DNA of 55,087 bases, filler included, from Sluysia triapertura (taxonomy: Eukaryota): assembly GCA_046118255.1 (NCBI GenBank). It is 4 parts of 4 records of this genome, joined end to end, with 100 filler letters (N's around TTAATTAATTAA, not from the genome) between each part and the next. Parts side by side here need not be neighbours in the genome. Positions count along the whole stretch, not along the records: positions 1 to 13,280 come from JBJNIA010048562.1; positions 13,381 to 25,848 come from JBJNIA010106095.1; 2 more parts are not named here. One strand, 5' to 3'. The notes under the pieces were generated by a model. The model made no database searches and had not been told where the DNA came from. It was given only the letters and a program-made list of their open reading frames with translations. This document shows positions 1 through 13,930 of this stretch, in pieces; the first letter of the stretch is position 1; each line of letters begins with the position of its first letter. Made by a program: the position numbers and the translations under genes.

Positions 1-1979
1 TGATAGATTGTTATATCCTTGAGACTATTATAAGCGTTATTGTTAATCTCGTCATTTTAATCATTTTTAGTACTGCTTAATAGATATAATCATACTAATT
101 TGTAATTGATTTTTATTTAACCAATAAAGCGTTGTGATGTTTTATTGATTTGATTTCCAAGAGCTTAATTTTGGGGTGAATAATTATTGACATTAAACAG
201 GTGAATTATTAAAAATTTATATTTGATCTAGTGAATACTTAAATAATTGAGGTTCTTTTTAAGCTATTTAAATTGATATTTATTTTAAATTAATTTAATA
301 ATTTTCAAAGACGCAACATTTACACCACATAAAATTTCCCCATAATTAAGACCATAAAATCTCATATTACAATTTCAAATTAACTTTAAATTACAAAACT
401 AAATTATGATAATGAAATTTCATATCAAATTTAAACATAATTTTCTTGTGATACAATTTTAATTCGTTACATAATCAAAAGTATCGACAAAGAAAAGAAA
501 GATGTTTAGTCACAACAAGATAAACTGAGAAAAGTTCTAATTTAGAAATGGAAGATATCTCATAATTTACCAATTACGAACGACAAAATGAAGAATCTAA
601 AAACTAATTAACACGAACATAACAGAATAAGTTTAAATTAACATTAATTGAGCATTAAATATGGTTAATACAGTTTTAAAAAGTTGTCTTACATCTTCAA
701 ATAAAGGACTTAATTTATGCACAATGTGTGAAAACCTTTTCGAAATGAAGACCTTGTCTTTACATTAAATAAACTATAATTTTGTAAATGCTTTTCGGTT
801 TTATAATAATAATTACTTTACCTTTTGAATTAGAAAGATGTATGATGAACTAAACGCTAATTAAGATATTAGGTATGATGAATTAAAAGTATTATGAATT
901 AAGAGTTTTAACTTATGAAAGTAACATTTATGAATTTTGAAGTACAATTTGATTATGTTCATTTAACCAGTGAGTGAAGATAATTCTCAAATTATTAGAA
1001 ACCTTGTCGATATTATTTTATATATAAAGCCTAATTCATAATTCAAACTTAATTAATCATAAAATGATTTTAAATTGTGATCAAATTGTAGGTGAAAGTA
1101 AAATTACAAATCATTCTCAATTTAGATCTTATTATGTGGTTCTTAACATATGTTTTCATCACAAATTAATGTTTACTGAATTTGAAGTCATGCTAAATGA
1201 CTGCATGATTGACACATTCGATGTCCAAAGTTTTAATTACGGTCATTATTCATTAATTGTTATATTTAGATAAAAATGTTTCGGTATTTTAATTTATTTG
1301 AATATATTTATTGAATAGTAAATATAATTCTATATAAATGATTAATCAAATTATATAAGTTTGATATAATTATAAATAATGTAATTAATATAGCATTAGT
1401 TTGATTAACTGTTTATTTCATGAATTAAAATGAACCAGAAATGTCAACAAACTTATTTTAAAGTGACAAAATAAAGCTTTTTGTTAACTTTATTGATTGA
1501 AATGAATTTATGTAATTTTATCTACTCAGTAATTAGTAGAAAAAAGATGAAAATAATTAATCAAATGATGCATTTGTAAGTGTTTTCTACTGAACTACTT
1601 GCAAAATAAAACATAGTTAGGATCCTCCTATAGTATACGATTTAAGTTGCTTTGAACAAAGTACCTACAAGATTTTTTAGTTAATATGTATTTGGAGGTC
1701 TGAGAATTACTCTTAAGAGCTTTTTGTAGTTTACGGTCTCTTGGTTAAATTTTACTTATTTTTGTATTTGTATTTTGTCAAATGTTATTTTTGTACATTT
1801 ACTCAGGCTTCGAATTACTCAGGCATGTTTATTCTAATCTGTTACAATAGTCTTATTTCTTTAGATTTTGAAACTGAAACAGCGATTTGAAATTTCTTTA
1901 TATTAAAAATATACTTAAAATCAATGAACTTAACAGTATCAAGAGCATATGCATAAAAAGATGTATAAGTACACTTAAA

Positions 1980-2107
1980 TTGTCATCGCAAACCTCTAAA
2001 ATAATTAATTTCTAGAAAAGACAATTGTTTTCTAAAATGGAAAATAATTTTCCAAAAAAGAAGTGCAACCTTCTAGAGCATTCCATTGATTTTGATTGGC
2101 TGATGAC
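1980..2107 (+). repeat. Dispersed repeat family B (probable DNA-transposon/MITE end), copy 1
   Basis: TTGTCATCGCAAACCTCTAAA...TCTAGAGCATTCCATTGATTTTGATTGGCTG matches the reverse complement of 27487-27626 and the start of 51400-51510. Confidence 0.75.
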
Positions 2108-2644
2108 TATTAGTTTAAATTTTAGTTTAAATCACAATTGAGCAACACAGTTTCAATGATTTAATTGAAGTAAACGATTTTCAAAAAAATTACAGGAATG
2201 TTTATGTCAATTTAACAGCACCCATATTTAGTTTTTCCATCCGAAGTTAGTAAGTTATTTTCTGGTAAAGTTGTTTTAACAGAACTTTAAACTACATTAA
2301 GAATCCATTTTAATTAAATCCTTTCTCAAATACTTTATATTTATAAAAATGAAAGACTTTAACAAAGTTTTAATTTTAAATTATTTTATTTTTTATTTAT
2401 TTTACTCCAATTGCTGCTTTACTATTAAAAAAATTGAATATCCCTAAGTTGTTAATAAACGTTTAATTACATTAACATTTGTGATTTGTTAATCGGATCT
2501 TTGTAGGCCATTTGGAGGATTTATAATCAATTTTAATATTATTTTATTATACTTTTTCAAAAATTACTATACTTTTATATTTGTAGAAAAATTTATTATT
2601 ATTAGATTTATTATTTATTACAAAATTTTGTGATTCTTATTTTA

Positions 2645-2686
<42 letters not shown>

Positions 2687-2687
2687 T
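2645..2687. repeat. (TTA)n microsatellite
   Basis: Directly visible TTA run, abutting repeat family A copy 1. Confidence 0.95.
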
Positions 2688-2689
2688 GT

Positions 2690-2850
2690 GAAGTTAGAAC
2701 AAAGCAAATAAGTGTAAATATTTTCAAGAGTTCACCAACGTACTGGACTTACCAGTAAGGGCCAGCCATTGGATTTTAACGTAAAGAAAATATACTTAAC
2801 TAAAGTTCTAATTACTTTGCTTGACTTCTTAACTAAAATTCTGGAGGTAA
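2690..2850 (-). repeat. Dispersed repeat family A (TACCTCCAG motif + spacer + hairpin), copy 1
   Basis: Minus strand reads TACCTCCAGAA...AAATCCAATGGCTGGCCCTTACTGGTAAGTCCAGTACGTTGGTGAACTC; homologous to 42363-42570, 46508-46715 and 54311-54395. Confidence 0.85.
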
Positions 2851-4879
2851 TTTAGTGTTTTCTTTAACCTATCCGATTATCTTAAAATAACATTACAAGA
2901 ATCCTATAATAAGGATTCTTTACTTTTTAGTTAAACAATTATTTTTTAATTATATCACAAGACAAGTTATTTTTCTCTACGAAAGTTTATTATATCAAAT
3001 AAAATAATAAAATATACAAATTTTACAGAAATTACTCATGTAATTTTTAAAATGATACTACATTGATCTATGATAAGATCAAAATTATTTAATTAATGAA
3101 TTTGCCTGTATTTTACAGTGATATTAGACAATATCAGCCTTACAAAAAATAATCTAACGTTATCTGTTAAAAAATTTGTCCTTTATATGAGCAAAATTTT
3201 GTTTATTTTCTCACAACTGACTTGTCGAATGTAGGTTACCAAAGTTGTTCCACCACGGTTAAAACTTCAATTTAAAAGGCTGCAAAAATTTTGTTGTGAG
3301 TTGTGTGAATATCATAATTGTGGCTGTTTATATAATTAAAATGTTAACCTTGACTTATTAAAATATTGAAAATTAAAACATTATTTAAAATTTAAAAAAT
3401 TAAAACATTGAAAATAATATTATAAACAATTAATTTTAAAAAACATTAATCATTTTTTAAAAATAATATTAAAATATTAGTTACTTTAAAATATTAATTA
3501 TTTTAAAATATATAATTAACTTACTATTATAATAAATTTCGAAATTAAAATTTTATAACCAATTAAAATTTCATAAAACAAAATTAGTTACATAAAAATA
3601 AACAAACCATTTTTTACAAACGAATTTAAAAATTGGTTCTATAAATTAGTCTTATATTCATATCACATTTCAATGAATTGTTAACCAAAATTCAATGATC
3701 ATTCATAAAATTTTATCAATAGTCATTCACAATATAAATAAAACTATCGAATTTTTAAATTAAAGTTTTTTTCATTACAAATATTTTCCCAAAAATTGGA
3801 TACGTCTTCAGCAAAGTTTCTTCTCTCAAAAATTGGTTAATAATCAATTATTGTCTCAATCAAATATTAATCCAAAAATTTCTTGCACATGTTAACGATA
3901 ATTGTTAAGTCTTAAATTTTGTGCCTTTTGTAGATATAACTGATGCTTTTATACTCATTACGACATGATAAACTTTTTACTATTATGTGTGCAATTTAAA
4001 CAAAATGATTTTATTTTAAATAATAGGATTTTAATTATTAGTTTTATAAAATAGTTAATTCAACTATATGGCGTGTGCAATTATAATTTTCATTATATTC
4101 TTTATTAAATTCGACAATGATTTACATAACACAAATTGAATTTACATAAATATTAAAAGTCTTTAAATTCTTTAATATATTTGGAACTTTGGAATTTTTA
4201 AAACTTTGAAACACACTTTAAATTGTAAATTGTGACTATTATATATCAGTTTAACTATAACAATAAAGAATATTTCTTAAAATTAAAATATATTATTTAA
4301 CCAAGATAAATTATTGACCAAATGTAATAGTAACTTATATATGTGGAGATAAATTATAACGATTGTTCTTTAAAAGAATGATCGGAAAATTATTTTATTT
4401 TAAAAATTAATTTAATGCAACTGAACTAAATAGTTATAATTATATAATTCAAATTTTTGTCGAAATTTTATCAGCTTTATAAAATAAAAGTAATTGTCTA
4501 ATGTTCATATTGTAAATTTTGACGAATCTTAGCTTTAGCAATTAAATTACTAAACTTTTGAATCAACTAGTACAAAATTGTTTAACTTTTTAACATAATT
4601 GATGTTATCATTCACACATAGTGAAATGTACTTTTCATATTTTTGTATGATTAATATTTGAACTTATAATTAATATTTTAAAAAATATTTAAATACTTAA
4701 TATGATTCTTGATCCGCCTTTTTGACGAGGTTAGACTGTTGGGATTGTCCGGTTAGTAGATAGAATTTAAAATACAAAATGATATAAAATATCTGAAATA
4801 TGATAATATAAACATAATTAAATATTTCTAGATCAAGAATAATGAAGAGTAAAATGTTTATAAATATTTTGAAATCGAA

Positions 4880-5080
4880 GAATATCTTGGAGTTCCAAAG
4901 ACCTTTGTAGAGTATTGAGACCCTTAAGTAAGGTTTGGAAAAATGTCTCGAAGTATGAAGATACCTTTGAACTTCGGAACCTTGGAATCATTTGAGACCT
5001 TGTTGATTGTTGGAACCTTTTAAAACTCTTGAGACCTTTGAATAACCTTGTAAAATGTTTGTAACCTTTGAAATGCTCAA
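4880..5080 (-). repeat. Degenerate 9/18-bp-periodic repeat, decayed Gly-X-Y (collagen-like) coding relic
   Basis: Recurrent GAGACCTT/GAACCTT on +. Minus strand reads ...KGLKSFK/GSNNQQGLK*FQGSEV, with Gly codons at about 18-bp spacing and Gly-like codons (AGT, AAT, TGA, GTT) in between. Confidence 0.45.
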
Positions 5081-5299
5081 AGATTATAATTGTGATTAAT
5101 GATATTAAAGATAAATTTAATATATTAATAATTAAAATAAAAAGCAGAAAAAGGAATTAAAATGGTGAAGGTTAAAATTTTATAACCATAATAAAACTTT
5201 TAAACTTAATTAATTAATTAAATAAAATTTTAATTAACTTAATTAAGGAAAATTACGTTTGTGTGAATAACTTTTGAATGAGGAATGCTACTTTAAAAT

Positions 5300-5930
5300 T
5301 GTAATTGTGCATGTATGTTTTAAAGAGACTTTTCGATGAAGATAAATTTTGACCAAATGTATGCGAGGAAGGCCTCTATATTGAATAAAGTCGAATTTTA
5401 ATTAATTTTTAATTTAAAATGATGAAATTTTCATATTAGAATGATGAAAAGACAATGAATTGAATATAAAATATTTGCTGTGAAATAGGGGAATCCGAAA
5501 ATGATGTTGGAATGTTTGGAAATGAGAACCTCAAACGTTTTCCATTAAAAAATTGAGTGAGGAATTGAAAATTCATTAAAATGTATAAACTAAAGTTAAA
5601 TTCATTATTTTTAAGTATGTCAATGATAATACTAATTGTTATTTGAATTTAAGAAGTGATTCATAAAAAATAGATCAAGTAGAGTAGAAGAAAAATTGAG
5701 AGTTGATTGTTAATTGAATTATTTTGTTTTGCTTGACAGGTCTTACCATGTATGTGTCAAAGTCGTTTTAGTCGGTTTAATCTTTAAAGGATGTTTTGAT
5801 GCTTTGTGTAAAGGTAATTCCTGATTGTGAGTTTGAGAGTGACTGGACGATAAAGAGATATAAAAGCATTTACATGGAAAATTTTTCACACAACACTTAA
5901 GACAAGGTTTAGGAGAAAAAAGAAAATTCA
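5300..5930 (-). mobile_element. Decayed non-LTR (LINE) reverse transcriptase fragment
   Basis: Ordered minus-strand motifs FSPKP (domain 1), YRPVTL...IL*RL (domain 2), IIIDILKK (DxxKAFD), YRGLP (GxPQG); many stops and frameshifts. Confidence 0.6.
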
Positions 5931-8439
5931 TGATGATTGTAACATTTTTGTTTACTTTATAATTTTAATTATTCAAATTAGCTTAATATTTTTGTTTACT
6001 TTGTAATTTTAATTAATTAAAATATTTTTTTATTTAATTTTTGTCAAATTTTAGATAAATTTGAATATTTTTGGGGCTACCTGTCCGAATGTTTATTATT
6101 TAACTATTATTTTAAGAATGAATATTGATTTTTAGTTTTAGCTTTGACTTTACTTGAATAATGGGACACTCCCTGCCCAAATTATTTTTAGTTTTTTGGT
6201 CATTAAGTAAAATAAAAATATCTGACAAGACGTAAATATAATTGTTATCGACTTTAATTTTTGTAGGTATTGGTATTTTAATTTTGCTAATTGTTGCATT
6301 ACCTCTGGTTTCTTTTTTAACATATTATTGCGTGTTTAATATCGATAATAAACAGTTATATTGTTGATTTTAAGATTCAATTATTTTTAGTTAATTTATT
6401 CCAGATCTTATATTTGATTTTTGTAGTTAATATAGTATTGATTTGTTTTTAATAATTTGAAAAGAATAAATAATTGTTGGGTTAATTCAAATATTGAGTT
6501 CTTGCTAATAATTTTGATTTAAAGCGCAACAAGATCTTACTGATTATTTTGGTTCCGCTTATTAGCGAGATTAAATTTCTTTTAGATTTTATTGAAAATT
6601 CCAAATGTGTTAAGTATTATTTTAATACAACGTTGAAACTATGTAAATTATGATATTCTATTGATGATCTGTATTAAAAAAATCATTTGATAACTTAATA
6701 TTTTAATCAATTTTCTGTACATTAGTCATTTGTGTTACTATTGTAAAAGGATTTCGAATATATCATATATATTAAAAAATTTTTTTTAAATAAATGGTCA
6801 TTTTATCACAAATAAGAGTTTATAAATATTACGTTCTCAAGAAGTAATCGTCTACTGAGTTATATTTTAGTAATAATTTATAAATAACTATTAAATAGTT
6901 GTAAAAATTTATTTTTTTAAAGTTTAAGTAAGATTTTATTTGGAGAAATTAAATTAGCTAAAACTTAAGATAAAAAACTAACGAAAATCCTTATGGCAAT
7001 TTGTAAAGATCCGAATATATGCTGCAACCGAAACTTGGAATTATATTCAAAATGGAAATGTTTTTCAAAACAAAGACTTGAAAACAAAATTCAAAAACTA
7101 TTTATCTTGTGTTAAATGCTTGATCTGTTTATTAAGTCATTGACCTTAATTGTTTTATTTTTTTAATTACTTAATTTAAATAAGTATTTAATTAAAACTT
7201 TGAACAGATTATTTATTAAATTCTTTGTGATAAATCAGTAATTAAAAAGTATTATAAATATTTAAAATATTAATTTCAGTAATGCAAAATAATTATATTA
7301 TATTTAACATATTTAATAAATATTCTATATATTTAACATATTTAATCAAGTATATTTAAAATATTGAATCAATATTTTAATCAATATTCTGTACATTATT
7401 CATTAACAGTCATTGACTATTTTTAATTTTCATTAACATATTACATTTGTCAATGAAATAGATAATAATTAAAAAGTAGAATAAATATTATGAAAACTAT
7501 ACGTATTAATTAATTATATTTATACGTGTGATGGTTGAATAAGATGTTTAAATGATAATAACGACGAGGGAAAGAGAAAACCCTTAAAGTTTTAACTTCC
7601 GAAATTTTTAAAATTACATTTGTTATTTATTTAATTATACTCATTTTAACTCAATAGCTTTGTGCATAATATAAACATTTAAGAAATTATCATAAATAAT
7701 GAAATTTATTAGTGTTGTGAATACTGAGATAGTATGAAACACAGATATTGTAAAATAGTTAATTTTAATTAATTTTCTATATAAATTTAAATTTCTCTGT
7801 TTTATAATGATCATATATAGTGTAAAATTTTGGCGAGGTTTATGAAATATTTCAATTGAGGATTGAAATTGCTTTTACTACTTAATAATTGCTATTTATC
7901 GCTTAATATAAGTGCTTTTGGCTAGTAATATAATATGCTTTACTACTTTTATGCTTTATTATCCTTTATCAACTTAAGTGGTTACAACTATTACACTTTA
8001 ATCAGTCTCGCTTATTCTCTTTATATTAGTTTCGAACTAGTTCATAACAAAAAATCTCACTCGACTATAATTTGTATACTATCAAATTTAGTTTATGAAA
8101 TGTTTCTACATATTAGAGCATGAATCCTATACTTGGCTCAGCTGTTCCAGATGGGAATGCGTAATAAGTAAAAATTTCGACTTAAGCTTTACTTCACAAA
8201 ACTTTATCTGTTAAATCTTATACGTTAAACTTTAATTGTTTCATTTTGTGTGTTAATGTCTCTCTCAATCCCCCTTCTCAAATTAAAGTTAACAAGTAAA
8301 ATATATTTTTATTTCAATAAGAATTTGTTAAAATCACGCAGACATAAAATGATATCAAACATTAATTTTTATCTGTGTTCATTAAATTTACTTTACAATT
8401 TATGTTACGTAGATCAATCAAATTATTGTTCCTCAAAAG

Positions 8440-8515
8440 GTTTTGATAAAATAGCACAGTGGTGGTGACCATTGCGGAATATTAAATCGTCTCGAAAATT
8501 TTTGCAAAACTCTGG
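8440..8515 (+). mobile_element. Possible Ty3/gypsy pol fragment (RT thumb/connection)
   Basis: KIAQWW*PLRNIKSSRKFLQNSG resembles the gypsy pattern WPxPxNxKxLRxFLGxxG. Confidence 0.35.
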
Positions 8516-8956
8516 TAATTGAATCAATTAAATTATTGTTACTCATATATTTTGATGAAATAACATGGTTGATTCAATTGTCGATGTTTATTGTTGTGGT
8601 TATTTTTTAAATTTCTTGACTTTTATAGTCGATGAAAATTCACAATCAATAAATTAAAATGTTCACAATTATTTATATAATAAATCAGTAATTCCGCTAG
8701 AAATAAGTAATTTACAATTAATCATGTAATAAATATAATAAATTAGTAATTAAAATAACAATTTCACAACTATTCTTATAGTAAATCATTCAATAAAGTA
8801 AATTAAAATGTTCAGTAATAAATTCACAATTATTCATATACGAAATTAAAATATTCAATGAAGTAAGTATATAAAATTTCATATAATATTATACACCATG
8901 CATAATTCTATCGTATATTGTAAAGTCAAAGTTTCTTGTACAGAGTAATGTCTTAA

Positions 8957-8958
<2 letters not shown>

Positions 8959-9018
<60 letters not shown>
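8959..9018. repeat. (TTA)n microsatellite
   Basis: Directly visible. Confidence 0.95.
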
Positions 9019-9184
9019 TCATAAAATTATTAATTAAAAAATTCTGTTTATTAATCAATATATAAATTTACTAGTATTACAAGAATTAAAATTTTATTTC
9101 AATCGTGCTATTCATTATAATCATCATATACATTCTCTTATAAATACTTAATTGAATTTATTTACAAATAGTCATTCTAATTCA

Positions 9185-9187
<3 letters not shown>

Positions 9188-9237
<50 letters not shown>
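9188..9237. repeat. (TTA)n microsatellite
   Basis: Directly visible. Confidence 0.95.
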
Positions 9238-9238
<1 letters not shown>

Positions 9239-9414
9239 ATGTAAAAAAACAATAATATAATAGCAACAATTTTAAAATAAATTACATTAAAATATTGAGT
9301 AAATTTCATAAAATTTTACATTTTATATAAAAGTATATATTTTATTAACATGAAATTACAAAATTACAACATGAAATTACACGTTTTTACAATATACATA
9401 CATTAAACTAATAT

Positions 9415-9675
9415 TTAACTACACAAAACATTCTTTGTTAAAATAATATTTTCTTGCTTTATGTTTATATTTCTATGAATAAGTTGCGACATCATCTTTC
9501 CTTCAATGCGCAAATTTTCCATAAATTTCTCTTTAATCCAAAATAATCTTAGAAAAAGTTTTTTGAGTTAATTAACACATACTTTTTCCAATTTAATATG
9601 TGATTTAAAAATGTCAAACATAAACGACAATGACTTGATATCAGCTTTCCTGTCATGTACAGATTTACAGATCAT
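9415..9675 (-). pseudogene. Possible protein-kinase gene relic
   Basis: Minus strand EKFMENLRIEGKMMSQLIHRNINIKQENIILTKN resembles kinase IHRDIKPENILL. It is preceded by an exon-like block ending in a GTATGT donor, but the spliced frame hits a stop. Confidence 0.3.
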
Positions 9676-10693
9676 TAATGTTATTATTATATCATTTTTA
9701 TAGTTTTTGTTCATATTGAACCCATTAAATGTTTTACAAAATTAAAATATAATTAAAATATAAAAAGCTCATTTTAAATATAAGACTATAAAAATCATAG
9801 AAATTGATTTAAATTTTTATAAAATAAATTACAATGAAAACCGTGTTCTTAGTCTAAAAGTGCTCACAAATTCACTGAAAAATTAGAATAAATTAAAGAA
9901 TTTTCAGAAAATTGCAAAAAATAAGAAACATCTTTTAAACAGAAAGATAAAAATCAGAAAGTAAAAAAAGAGACAGTAGCGAAGAATCTGCTATATTTAA
10001 TGAGCATTTTGAAGAATGCACGAATTCAATTTAATAAGACTTGAAAAAATCGTTCATAAGTGAATATTAGCAAGCACAAAAAATATATAATGAACAAAGC
10101 ACATGACTAATACTACATTATAAATTTATATATAAGAAAAATACATATCCAAATCGATAATAAGAACTGTAATTAATTATGTCGAAAAAACTAGCTATAT
10201 AATTACAGTATGAAACTAAATTATTATAGAGACTAAATTAATACAGAGGAAGGTTAATTATAAAGAAGATGCTATACCATGGAAATTGAATAATGATTTG
10301 CCATATTTTATTATCCACAAAAAATACTACATTGATAGAATTAAGAAACTTTTAATAAATTAATTTATCAATTCAAAATTTATCGAAATTGATATATGAT
10401 AGATTTAATATGATATTTACACATTTTATCAATACTACTGTCTTTACCGGCTGAGATGGTCGAGTAAAATTTGCAATGAATTATCTGTATTTAATAAGTG
10501 TTTATGGCAATTAAGTAAAAATGATTTACAAAAAAGAACTTATTTAAATTAATTACAATTAATTTGCTAAAATTGGACTTAAGGTCCGTACTAAATGTTT
10601 AAGGGTAGGCTTAAGGCCTAGGATTAATTCGTTAAATGAAAAGCACAAAACAAAATAAAAACTTCCTTTATCTATCGCACAAATCAAAAATTT

Positions 10694-11430
10694 TTAAAAG
10701 TTATAAAACATAAAACGTATCAAAAATTTACGTACATATGATGAAAATCCTTTTCGTTGACACGCAGTTTTGGCTTCATACTGAACCTTGACAAACAATA
10801 TGTCTAATGTCATTTCAGAAGTGGAAGAAATAACCGTGAAATGTTTTCGAGGATGCATAAATGGAATTATATTTATACATCCTTTAATACCAATTGTGCG
10901 TCTGAATTGAGAGAAGTACTGCATGTCCTCAATTACAGAACGTTTTCGTACAGTTCAGTCCTCATAGAGCTCATCGAGATTTTCAAACTTAATCAATTCT
11001 AACACGTGTCCTTGTTTCACTGAGTCTCTACTATAAATGTATAGCTTTTTAAAAGGTAAGTTATTTGGCACTACGTTGAAATCAAGTACAATAGGTACAA
11101 GAACTTGCATTGGCATAATATATTTAGCAAAATGCATAAGTTTAAAATATTTATCACGACTAAACATAATTAATGTCTTTTGGTAATTTAAATTATTTAC
11201 TTCAAAAATTAAATCACTAGAACATTAGGTAGGTAGGTCATTGATATATCTACCAGGTCATGCAGACAAGTTCTCAAATTGAACAAAAAACTTCTTTCAG
11301 AAATAATTAACAAGTGCAGCTGACTAACACTTGTTATGATGATACATTTTAAATCATTTGGTGGCACAAGGATGGCTTCCGCTGACTCAGACTCTATACG
11401 TACGTATGCACTTAGGAATCGATGTTGATT
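10694..11430 (-). pseudogene. Unknown coding region with one in-frame TGA and an upstream frame break
   Basis: ORFs 10955-11167 and 10694-10924 are in the same frame, separated only by TGA (10955-10957) plus TVRKRSVIED. The frame is open up to 11224. A second open frame (NQHRFLSAYVRIESESAEAILVPP...) lies at about 11210-11430. GC content is elevated. Confidence 0.55.
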
Positions 11431-12559
11431 ATTAGATAATTTGAAACAAAAAATTTAATTGTTACTGTAAAAATAAAATTTGAATTAACCAACGACTTAC
11501 TAAACTCTCATTCGATACCAACATTAGGTTATAGGAATTTTTGGCAATATAACTATAAATTGGATATAAATATAAATTGGATCATTTAGCATCATTTGCA
11601 TATTAAAACAAATATTCTAAAATTTTCGTAACATAATTAAAAATTAATAAAAATGGTAAAAATTATTTAAAAAATAAAATAGTGAAAATAACACTGAAAG
11701 TGATGATAAATGATGGTGTGAATGATAATAAGAGGGAAAGGAACTATGATATTAATATAAATGATTTTCGTATGAGGTTTAGAGTTTGTAGAGTATTATT
11801 TTTAGTTTATGCTAATGTAGGAAAGTAACAATGAAGTGAAAAGGTTGAGTGTGAAATTTTATAAATGTTAAGGATGACAAAATTATTATCGATAAAGGTG
11901 ACACCACACCGACATTTTATTAATATTTATGCAATTTAGATTGGCTTTTCTGATTAATAAAATTACTATTATTAAGATTTAACTCTGGTAACCGTTTTAT
12001 CTAATCCAGATCTGCCTAATTAGATATTTGATTTTCAATTACTTAAAAATCATAAACAGATTTGAAATATTTATTTTGGGGTCTTCAAGATAGTTTTGGA
12101 TATTTAAATTATTGCTCCAACGAGCACAAGAATTTTTAATTTATTATAATTTAATAATATATTCTAAATTTTTCAAATGTTATATTTTAACCATTTTTCA
12201 GATGGTTATAGGTTCCACATATAGTCTATGGTTTACGCTTCTTATGTGACACAGCTACATGATTTTTATTAATATACGCTAGATGGTCACTCAACGATTA
12301 TACCAAGTTTATTTGCAACTAACACTTTATTCAAAAGTCAAAGTCACAAGTAAAATGAAAAATAAAAAATTTTATAAAAATATACAACAGTATCAAAATA
12401 TTTATAATTACAATACAATTCTATTTTGTAGTATTAAAAAGATGATTTCAGTAAGACCTTGTGGCTACTATTAAAATTCCCTCAAATGATAAATAATTTA
12501 AGTGGATATGACTTAATAAATATTAACTTACGAAATCTTGTGAAACATGACAATTATTA

Positions 12560-12709
12560 AGCTCACTGTTTGAATAAGGATATCTATGTTCAATGTTCCC
12601 TGGACTAGAAGCAGATATTACAAATGAATAGCAGTTTGTTAAATATCCATGAAACTGAAATGATCGATTCAGGATATGTTATTTTTAATTGTGTGAATTA
12701 TGTTTTTAG
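12560..12709 (+). pseudogene. Possible immunoglobulin-like domain exon relic
   Basis: MNSSLLNIHETEMIDSGYVIFNCVN resembles Ig E-F strands (LxIxxxxxxDSGxYxC) and ends at a GTAAGC donor; stop and frameshift upstream. Confidence 0.25.
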
Positions 12710-13280
12710 GTAAGCTAGTCATATGTTTTTTGATAAACATTATTAATTTGAAATAATTGTGTACAATATAATATTATATTGCACAATAATATTGTTAACA
12801 AATTTCTTGCTTATTTACTTAACAATTGTCAAATTTAAACAGGTTCGCCTGTAGTCTACGATTTATAACCTGAAGTGGACTTATCTACAGAACTGACTAA
12901 GAATAAGTGTTTCCCTACTAATGGAAATAGTTATATAATTCTTTAATTAATCTTCTCTTTAGTACTTATTATACTTCCAAAAAATCTATATCACTATCTT
13001 ATTAAACGAATATTTTTGTTTTATAAATTTATAACTTTTACGCTTTTACTTGAAACCTTTTCATGCTAATATATGAGAAAAGTCAAAAAAAATGATACAA
13101 AAATTTTATTTAATACAAAATTATTAATTAATAATGGTAAAAACAAATATAATAAAAATACACAAAGTAAGCTTCTGGGCGAATATTTACGATTAATGTT
13201 TTTACTCCTTAATGTTTATTTTTCTTCACTTTTTTACCGGTTATTACGGAGTTTAATATATTATTAATCTATTAATTATT

Positions 13281-13380
13281 NNNNNNNNNNNNNNNNNNNN
13301 NNNNNNNNNNNNNNNNNNNNNNNNTTAATTAATTAANNNNNNNNNNNNNNNNNNNNNNNNNNNNNNNNNNNNNNNNNNNN
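13281..13380. other. Assembly gap linker (N44-TTAATTAATTAA-N44)
   Basis: 100-nt spacer with a six-frame stop cassette, identical at three places; artificial. Confidence 0.98.
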
Positions 13381-13629
13381 AGTTTGGTATAAAGCGTATA
13401 TACTAAGCGAACTGACCCTACAGATAATTTGTTAGGAATAAGGAAAAATCTAACAACGAGAATAAATAATTTATATAAATAAAACATTTATTATTAAAAT
13501 GGTACATCGTCGTTAAATATATATAGGTATATAAAAAATCAGTAATAAAAATTTTTCGAAACTAACTCTCCTTGGTTAGTTTTATAAATAATTAAATTTT
13601 AAAAAATGATTTTTCTATGAATCGTGAAT

Positions 13630-13930
13630 ATGATCCCAAGTTTTATTATCAATTTAAGTAGATTTTACTTATGATATTGAGCAATATCTTAACTTATAAT
13701 AATTAAACTAACGTAACTATTTATCAACGAATAAAACTTTTGAAAAAATCTTGTTCAGAAGCTTGTCAACAAATAAAATTTCGAAAAATCTCGTCCAAAG
13801 AAAAATTTATGTTAAATTGTTGTAATAAATTATAAAAATGTTGTCTATAGTTATAGTTGTTTTAGTCTGACTAAAACAAAATAAAATATTAAATATTTTA
13901 AAATAATTATGAAAGTCACGTTAGTTTGTA
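13630..13930 (+). repeat. Dispersed repeat family D (MITE-like), copy 1
   Basis: Aligns to the reverse complement of 18680-18965 (GATCC...AAACTAACGTxACTATTT...GACTAAAACAAAA...ACGTTAGTT); internal inverted AACTAACGT motif. Confidence 0.7.

Noticed and set aside
10445-10470. tRNA-like 5' fragment GCTGAGATGGTCGAGT
   Set aside because: No anticodon arm, T arm or acceptor complement follows.
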